In this document: in pieces, positions 54,801-64,000 of the stretch | Layout: each line of letters starts with the position of its first letter | Position numbering within the stretch: position 1 is the first letter of the stretch | Assembly: GCF_963921235.1 (NCBI RefSeq) | Contig: NC_086098.1 | Span: 1,178,001-1,242,000, forward strand | Source: Mobula hypostoma | Taxonomy: Eukaryota | Length of the DNA stretch: 64,000 nucleotides | Reading direction: 5' to 3' | Program-made: the position numbers and the translations under genes | The notes under the pieces: generated by a model | Told to the model about the DNA's origin: nothing | What the model saw: only the letters and a program-made list of their open reading frames with translations | Database searches by the model: none

Positions 54801-57800
54801 ATACCCACCTATCCTCTCCACACACTGTCAATACCCACGTACCCTCTCATACACTCTCAATACCCAGCTACCCTCTCTGTACACTCTCAATACCCACCTA
54901 CCCTCTCCTACACTCTCAATACCCACCTACCCTCTCAGTACACTCTCAATACCCACCTACTCTCTCCGTACACTCTCAATACACACCTACCCTCTCCGTA
55001 CACTCTCAATACACACCTACCCTCTCCGTACACTCTCAATACCCACCTACCCTCTCAGTACACTCTCAATACCCACCTACTCTCTCCGTACACTCTCAAT
55101 ACACACCTACCCTCTCCGTACACTCTCAATACCCACCTACCCTCTCCGTACACTCTCAATACACACCTACCCTCTCCTACACTCTCAATACCCACCTACC
55201 CTCTCAGTACACTCAATACCCACCTACTCTCTCCGTACACTCTCAATACACACCTACCCTCTCCGTACACTCTCAATACCCACCTACCCTCTCCGTACAC
55301 TCTCAATACCCACCAACAATCTCCGTACACTCTCAGTACCTACCTACCCTCTCCGTCCACTCTCAATACCCACCTACCCTCTCCGTACACACTCAATACC
55401 GACCTACACTCTCTGTAATCTCTCAATACCCACCTACCCTCACCGTACACTCTCAATATCAACCTACCCTCTCCATACACTCTCAATACCCACCTACACT
55501 CTCCGTGCAGTCTCAATACGCACTGACCTTCTCCGTACACTCTCAATACCAACCTACCCGCTCCGTACACTCTCAATACCCAGCTACCCTCTCCGTACAC
55601 TCTCAATACCCACCTACCCTCTCCGTGCACTCTCAATACCCACCTACCCTCTCCCTACACTCTCAATACCCAGCTACCCTCTCCGTACACTCTAAATACC
55701 CAGCTACCCTCTCCTACACTCTCAATACTCACCTACCCTATCTGTACACTCTGAATACCCACCTACCCTCTCCGTACACTCTCAATACCCACCTACCCTC
55801 TCCGTACACTGTCAATACCCACCTACTCTCTCCGTTCACTCTCAATACACACCTACCCTCTCCGTACACTCTCAATACCCACCTACCCACTCCGTGCACT
55901 CTCAATACCCACCTACCCTCTCCGTACACTCTCAATACCCACCAACAATCTCCGTACACTCTCAGTACCCACCTACCCTCTCCGTACACTCTCATTACCC
56001 ACCTACCCTCTCCGTACACTCTCAATACCCACCTACCCTCTCCGTACACTCTCAATACCCAGCTACCCTCTCCTACACTCTCAATACCCAGCTACCCGCT
56101 CCGTACACTCTCAATACCCACCTACTCTCTCCGTACACTCTCAATACCCACCTACCCTCTCCACACACTCTCAATACCCACATACCCTCTCATACACTCT
56201 CAATACCCACCTACCCACTCCGTACACTCTCAATACCCACCTAAACTCTGTACACTCTCAATACACACCTACCCTCTCTGTAGACTCTCAATACACACCT
56301 ACCCTCTCCGTACACTCTCAATACCCACCTATCGTCTCCGTGGACTCTCAATACCCACCTACCCTCTCCGTGCACTCACAATACCCAGCTACCCTCTCCG
56401 TACACTCTAAATACCCAGCTACCCTCTCCTACACTCTCAATACTCACCTACGCTCTCTGTTCACTCTCAATACCCACCTACCGTCTCTGTACACTCTCAA
56501 TACCCACCTACCCTCTCCTACACTCTCAATACCCACCTACGCTCTCAGTACACTCTCAATACCCACCTACTCTCTCCGTACACTCTCAATACCCACCTGC
56601 CCTCTCGTACACTCTCAATACCCACCTACACTCTCCGTACACTCTCAATACCCACCTATCCTCTCCACACACTCTCAATACCCACATACCCTCTCATACA
56701 CTCTCAATATCCAGCTACACTCTCCGTACACTTTCAATACCCACCTACACTCTCCTACACTCTCAATACCCACCTACACGCTCGGTAAACTCTCAATACC
56801 CACCTATGCTCTCCACACACTCTCAATACCCACATACCCTCTCATACACTCTCAATACCCAGCTACCCTCTCACGTACACTCTCAATACTCACCTACCCT
56901 CTCCGTACACTCTCAATACACACCTACCCTCTCCGTACACTCTCAATACCCACCTACCCTCTCCGTCTACTCTCAATACACACCTACCCTCTCGACACAA
57001 TCTCAATAACCACATACCCTCTCATACACTCTCAATAACCATCTAATCTCCGTACACTCTCAATACCCACCTACCTTCTTCGTGCACTCTCAATATCCTC
57101 CTACTCTCTCCGTACACTCTCAATACTCACCTCCCCTCTGCGTACACTCTCAATACCCACCTACCCGCTCCGTACACTCTCAATACCCAGCTACCCTCTC
57201 CGTACATTCTCAAAACCCACCTACCCTCTCCGTGCACTCTCAATACCCACCTACCCTCTCCGTGCACTCTCAATACCCATCTACCCTCTCCGTACACTCT
57301 CAATACCCAGCTACCCTCTCGGTACACTCTAAATACCAAGCTACCCTCTCCTACACTCTCAATACTCACCTACCCTCTCTGTACACTCTCAATACCCACC
57401 TACCCTCTCTGTACACTCTCAATACCCACCTACCCTCTCCGTACACACTCAATACCCACCTACACTCTCTGTAAACTCTCAATACCCACCTGCCCTCACC
57501 GTACACTCTCAATATCAACCTATCCTCTCCATACACTCGCAATACCCACCTACACTCTCCGTGCAGTCTCAATACACACCGACCCTGTCCGTACACTCTC
57601 AATACCCACCTAACCTCTCGTAACTCTCAATACCTACCTACACTCTCGGTACACTCTCAAAACCCACCTACCGTCTCCACACACTCTCAACACCCACCTA
57701 CCCTCTCCGTACACTCTCAATACCCACCAACACTCTCCGTACACTCTCAGTACCCACCTACCCTCTCCGTACACTCTCATTACCCACCTACCCTCTCCGT

Positions 57801-60800
57801 ACACTCTCAATACCCACCTACCCTCTCCGTACACTCTCAATACCCAGCTACCCTCTCCTACACTCTCAATACGCAGCTACCCGCTCCGTACACTCTCAAT
57901 ACCCAGCTACCCTCTCCGTACACTCTAAATACCCAGCTACCCTCTCCTACACTCTCAATACTCACCTACCCTATCTGTACACTCTGAATACCCACCTACC
58001 CTCTCCGTACACTCTCAATACCCACCTACCCTCTCCGTACACTGTCAATACCCACCTACTCTCTCCGTTCACTCTCAATACACACCTACCCTCTCCGTAC
58101 ACTCTCAATACCCACCTACCCTCTCCGTGCACTCTCAATACCCACCTACCCTCTCCGTACACTCTCAATACCCACCAACAATCTCCGTACACTCTCAGTA
58201 CCCACCTACCCTCTCCGTACACTCTCATTACCCACCTACCCTCTCCGTATACTCTCAATACCCACCTACCCTCTCCGTACACTCTCAATACCCAGCTACC
58301 CTCTCCTACACTCTCAATACCCAGCTACCCGCTCCGTACACTCTCAATACCCACCTACTCTCTCCGTACACTCTCAATACCCACCTACTCTCTCCACACA
58401 CTCTCAATACCCACATACCCTCTCATACACTCTCAATACCCACCTACCCACTCCGTACACTCTCAATACCCACCTAAACTCTGTACACTCTCAATACACA
58501 CCTACCCTCTCTGTAGACTCTCAATACACACCTACCCTCTCCGTACACTCTCAATACCCACCTATCGTCTCCGTGGACTCTCAATACCCACCTACCCTCT
58601 CCGTGCACTCACAATACCCAGCTACCCTCTCCGTACACTCTAAATACCCAGCTACCCTCTCCTACACTCTCAATACTCACCTACGCTCTCTGTTCACTCT
58701 CAATACCCACCTACCGTCTCTGTACACTCTCAATACCCACCTACCCTCTCCTACACTCTCAATACCCACCTACCCTCTCAGTACACTCTCAATACCCACC
58801 TACTCTCTCCGTACACTCTCAATACCCACCTACCCTCTCGTACACTCTCAATACCCACCTACACTCTCCGTACACTCTCAATACCCACCTATCCTCTCCA
58901 CACACTCTCAATACCCACATACCCTCTCATACACTCTCAATATCCAGCTACACTCTCCGTACACTTTCAATACCCACCTACACTCTCCTACACTCTCAAT
59001 ACCCACCTACACGCTCGGTAAACTCTCAATACCCACCTATGCTCTCCACACACTCTCAATACCCACATACCCTCTCATACACTCTCAATACCCAGCTACC
59101 CTCTCACGTACACTCTCAATACTCACCTACCCTCTCCGTACACTCTCAATACCCACCTACCCTCTCCGTACACTCTCAATACCCACCTACCCTCTCCGTC
59201 TACTCTCAATACACACCTACCCTCTCGACACAATCTCAATAACCACATACCCTCTCATACACTCTCAATAACCATCTAATCTCCGTACACTCTCAATACC
59301 CACCTACCTTCTTCGTGCACTCTCAATATCCTCCTACTCTCTCCGTACACTCTCAATACTCACCTCCCCTCTGCGTACACTCTCAATACCCACCTACCCG
59401 CTCCGTACACTCTCAATACCCAGCTACCCTCTCCGTACATTCTCAAAACCCACCTACCCTCTCCGTGCACTCTCAATACCCACCTACCCTCTCCGTGCAC
59501 TCTCAATACCCATCTACCCTCTCCGTACACTCTCAATACCCAGCTACCCTCTCGGTACACTCTAAATACCCAGCTACCCTCTCCTACACTCTCAATACTC
59601 ACCTACCCTCTCTGTACACTCTCAATACCCACCTACCCTCTCTGTACACTCTCAATACCCACCTACCCTCTCCGTACACACTCAATACCCACCTACACTC
59701 TCTGTAAACTCTCAATACCCACCTGCCCTCACCGTACACTCTCAATATCAACCTATCCTCTCCATACACTCGCAATACCCACCTACACTCTCCGTGCAGT
59801 CTCAATACACACCGACCCTGTCCGTACACTCTCAATACCCACCTAACCTCTCGTAACTCTCAATACCTACCTACACTCTCCGTAAACTCTCAGTACCCAC
59901 CTACCGTCTCCACACACTCTCAACACCCACCTACCCTCTCCGTACACTCTCAATACCCACCAACAATCTCCGTACACTCTCAGTACCCACCTACCCTCTC
60001 CGTACACTCTCATTACCCACCTACCCTCTCCGTATACTCTCAATACCCACCTACCCTCTCCGTACACTCTCAATACCCAGCTACCCTCTCCTACACTCTC
60101 AATACACACCTACCCTCTCCGTACACTCTCAATACCCACCTACCCTCTCCGTGCACTCTCAATACCCACCTACCCTCTCCGTACACTCTCAATACCCACC
60201 AACAATCTCCGTACACTCTCAGTACCCACCTACCCTCTCCGTACACTCTCATTACCCACCTACCCTCTCCGTACACTCTCAATACCCACCTACCCTCTCC
60301 GTACACTCTCAATACCCAGCTACCATCTCCTACACTCTCAATACCCAGCTACCCGCTCCGTACACTCTCAATACCCACCTACTCTCTCCGTACACTCTCA
60401 ATACCCACCTACCCTCTCCACACACTCTCAATACCCACATACGTTCTCATACACTCTCAATACCCACCTACCCACTCCGTACACTCTCAATACCCACCTA
60501 AACTCTGTACACTCTCAATACACACCTACCCTCTCTGTAGACTCTCAATACACACCTACCCTCTCCGTACACTCTCAATACCCACCTATCGTCTCCGTGG
60601 ACTCTCAATACCCACCTACCCTCTCCGTGCACTCACAATACCCAGCTACCCTCTCCGTACACTCTAAATACCCAGCTACCCTCTCCTACACTCTCAATAC
60701 TCACCTACGCTCTCTGTTCACTCTCAATACCCACCTACCGTCTCTGTACACTCTCAATACCCACCTACCCTCTCCTACACTCTCAATACCCACCTACCCT

Positions 60801-63800
60801 CTCAGTACACTCTCAATACCCACCTACTCTCTCCGTACACTCTCAATACCCACCTACCCTCTCGTACACTCTCAATACCCACCTACACTCTCCGTACACT
60901 CTCAATACCCACCTATCCTCTCCACACACTCTCAATACCCACATACCCTCTCATACACTCTCAATATCCAGCTACACTCTCCGTACACTTTCAATACCCA
61001 CCTACACTCTCCTACACTCTCAATACCCACCTACACGCTCGGTAAACTCTCAATACCCACCTATGCTCTCCACACACTCTCAATACCCACATACCCTCTC
61101 ATACACTCTCAATACCCAGCTACCCTCTCACGTACACTCTCAATACTCACCTACCCTCTCCGTACACTCTCAATACCCACCTACCCTCTCCGTACACTCT
61201 CAATACCCACCTACCCTCTCCGTCTACTCTCAATACACACCTACCCTCTCGACACAATCTCAATAACCACATACCCTCTCATACACTCTCAATAACCATC
61301 TAATCTCCGTACACTCTCAATACCCACCTACCTTCTTCGTGCACTCTCAATATCCTCCTACTCTCTCCGTACACTCTCAATACTCACCTCCCCTCTGCGT
61401 ACACTCTCAATACCCACCTACCCGCTCCGTACACTCTCAATACCCAGCTACCCTCTCCGTACATTCTCAAAACCCACCTACCCTCTCCGTGCACTCTCAA
61501 TACCCACCTACCCTCTCCGTGCACTCTCAATACCCATCTACCCTCTCCGTACACTCTCAATACCCAGCTACCCTCTCGGTACACTCTAAATACCCAGCTA
61601 CCCTCTCCTACACTCTCAATACTCACCTACCCTCTCTGTACACTCTCAATACCCACCTACCCTCTCTGTACACTCTCAATACCCACCTACCCTCTCCGTA
61701 CACACTCAATACCCACCTACACTCTCTGTAAACTCTCAATACCCACCTGCCCTCACCGTACACTCTCAATATCAACCTATCCTCTCCATACACTCGCAAT
61801 ACCCACCTACACTCTCCGTGCAGTCTCAATACACACCGACCCTGTCCGTACACTCTCAATACCCACCTAACCTCTCGTAACTCTCAATACCTACCTACAC
61901 TCTCCGTAAACTCTCAGTACCCACCTACCGTCTCCACACACTCTCAACACCCACCTACCCTCTCCGTACACTCTCAATACCCACCAACAATCTCCGTACA
62001 CTCTCATTACCCACCTACCCTCTCCGTATACTCTCAATACCCACCTACCCTCTCCGTACACTCTCAATACCCAGCTACCCTCTCCTACACTCTCAATACG
62101 CAGCTACCCGCTCCGTACACTCTGAATACCCACCTACTCTCTCCGTACACTCTCAATACCCACCTACCCTCTCCACACACTCTCAATACCCACATACGTT
62201 CTCATACACTCTGAATACCCACCAACCCACTCCGTACACTCTGAATACCCACCTAAACTCTGTACACTCTCAATACACACCTACCCTCTCTGTAGACTCT
62301 CAATACACACCTACCCTCTCCGTACACTCTCAATACCCACCTATCGTCTCCGTGGACTCTCAATACCCACCTACCCTCTCCGTGCACTCACAATACCCAG
62401 CTACCCTCTCCGTACACTCTAAATACCCAGCTACCCTCTCCTACACTCTCAATACTCACCTACGCTCTCTGTTCACTCTCAATACCCACCTACCCTCTCT
62501 GTACACTCTCAATACCCACCTACCCTCTCCTACACTCTCAATACCCACCTACCCTCTCAGTACACTCTCAATACCCACCTACTCTCTCCGTACACTCTCA
62601 ATACCCACCTACCCTCTTGTACACTCTCAATACCCACCTACACTCTCCGTACACTCTCAATACCCACCTATCCTCTCCACACACTCTCAATACCCACATA
62701 CCCTCTCATACACTCTCAATATCCAGCTACACTCTCCGTACACTTTCAATACCCACCTACACTCTCCTACACTCTCAATACCCACCTACACGCTCGGTAA
62801 ACTCTCAATACCCACCTATGCTCTCCACACACTCTCAATACCCACATACCCTCTCATACACTCTCAATACCCAGCTACCCTCTCACGTACACTCTCAATA
62901 CTCACCTACCCTCTCCGTACACTCTCAATACCCACCTACCCTCTCCGTACACTCTCAATACCCACCTACCCTCTCCGTACACTCTCAATACACACCTACC
63001 CTCTCGACACAATCTCAATAACCACATACCCTCTCATACACTCTCAATAACCATCTAATCTCCGTACACTCTCAATACCCACCTACCGTCTTCGTGCACT
63101 CTCAATATCCTCCTACTCTCTCCGTACACTCTCAATACTCACCTCCCCTCTGCGTACACTCTCAATACCCACCTTCCCGCTCCGTACACTCTCAATACCC
63201 AGCTACCCTCTCCGTACATTCTCAAAACCCACCTACCCTCTCCGTGCACTCTCAATACCCACCTACCCTCTCCGTGCACTCTCAATACCCATCTACCCTC
63301 TCCGTACACTCTCAATACCCAGCTACCCTCTCGGTACACTCTAAATACCCAGCTACCCTCTCCTACACTCTCAATACTCACCTACCCTCTCTGTACACTC
63401 TCAATACCCACCTACCCTCTCTGTACACTCTCAATACCCACCTACCCTCTCCGTACACACTCAATACCCACCTACACTCTCTGTAAACTCTCAATACCCA
63501 CCTACCCTCACAGTACACTCTCAATATCAACCTATCCTCTCCATACACTCGCAATACCCACCTACCCTCTCCGTGCAGTCTCAATACACACCGACCCTGT
63601 CCGTACACTCTCAATACCCACCTAACCTCTCGTAACTCTCAATACCTACCTACACTCTCGGTACACTCTCAAAACCCACCTACCGTCTCCACACACTCTC
63701 AACACCCACATACCCTCTCATACACTCTCAATACCCACCTACCCTCGCCGTACACTCTCAATACCCACCTACCCTCTCGTACACTCTCAATACCCAACTA

Positions 63801-64000
63801 CCCTCTCGTACACTCTCAATACCCACCTACACTCTCCGTACACTCAATTCCTCTCCACGCACTCTCAATACCCACATACCCTCTCATACACTCTCAATAC
63901 CCAGCTACCCTCTCCGTACACTCTCAATACCCACCTACACTCTCCGTAAACTCTCAATACCCACCGATCCTCTCCACACACTGGCAATACCCACATACCC
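48849..64000. repeat. 30-bp satellite array, distal domain (continues past the window end)
   Basis: Same consensus, with distinct diagnostic variants (CGTGGACT, TGTAGACT, CGCTCGGTAAA). Confidence 0.98.

Noticed and set aside
18738..64000. Many long ORFs (HSQYPPTLSV, YTLNTHLPSP, TLSIPTYPLR, VLRVYGEGRW repeats; up to 693 aa) resembling extensin/mucin proteins
   Set aside because: The 30-bp consensus has no stop in any + frame, so long ORFs are expected. Frequent 28/29-bp monomers shift frame freely, showing no coding constraint.
18738..64000. CRISPR-like ~30-bp periodicity
   Set aside because: Head-to-tail repeats with no unique spacers, no cas genes and a vertebrate context.
18738..64000. 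Telomeric repeat or Chi-like/minisatellite-core identity of the satellite
   Set aside because: No TTAGGG arrays. The AGGTGGG resemblance to the minisatellite core is too short to be meaningful in a G-rich strand.

Overview
Vertebrate genomic DNA; the repeat families resemble those of cartilaginous fish (inference). The only host-gene sequence is one internal coding exon of FBXL4 (F-box region, + strand, 7981-8225). Bases 1-18537 are a dense, nested stack of retroelements: two CR1 LINEs that keep their 5' ends (ORF1 Zn-finger/coiled-coil/SGNH esterase; ORF2 APE endonuclease and RT), several CR1 and Rex1/Babar-like fragments, tRNA-derived SINEs, an L1-type 3' fragment with an 8-bp TSD, and Penelope-type terminal repeats carrying a minimal hammerhead ribozyme motif. 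After a 200-N scaffold gap, the remaining ~45 kb is a C-rich 30-bp satellite (TACACTCTCAATACCCACCTACCCTCTCCG) with kb-scale higher-order structure. It is interrupted once by a 5'-truncated CR1 whose RT frame is intact. The most interesting signal is that two divergent CR1 families both place the slippery heptamer T TTA AAC directly before the (actual or reconstructed) ORF1 stop, and in the better-preserved copy the -1 frame runs AUG-less into the ORF2 endonuclease. This suggests programmed -1 ribosomal frameshifting. Nearly all satellite ORFs are artefacts.
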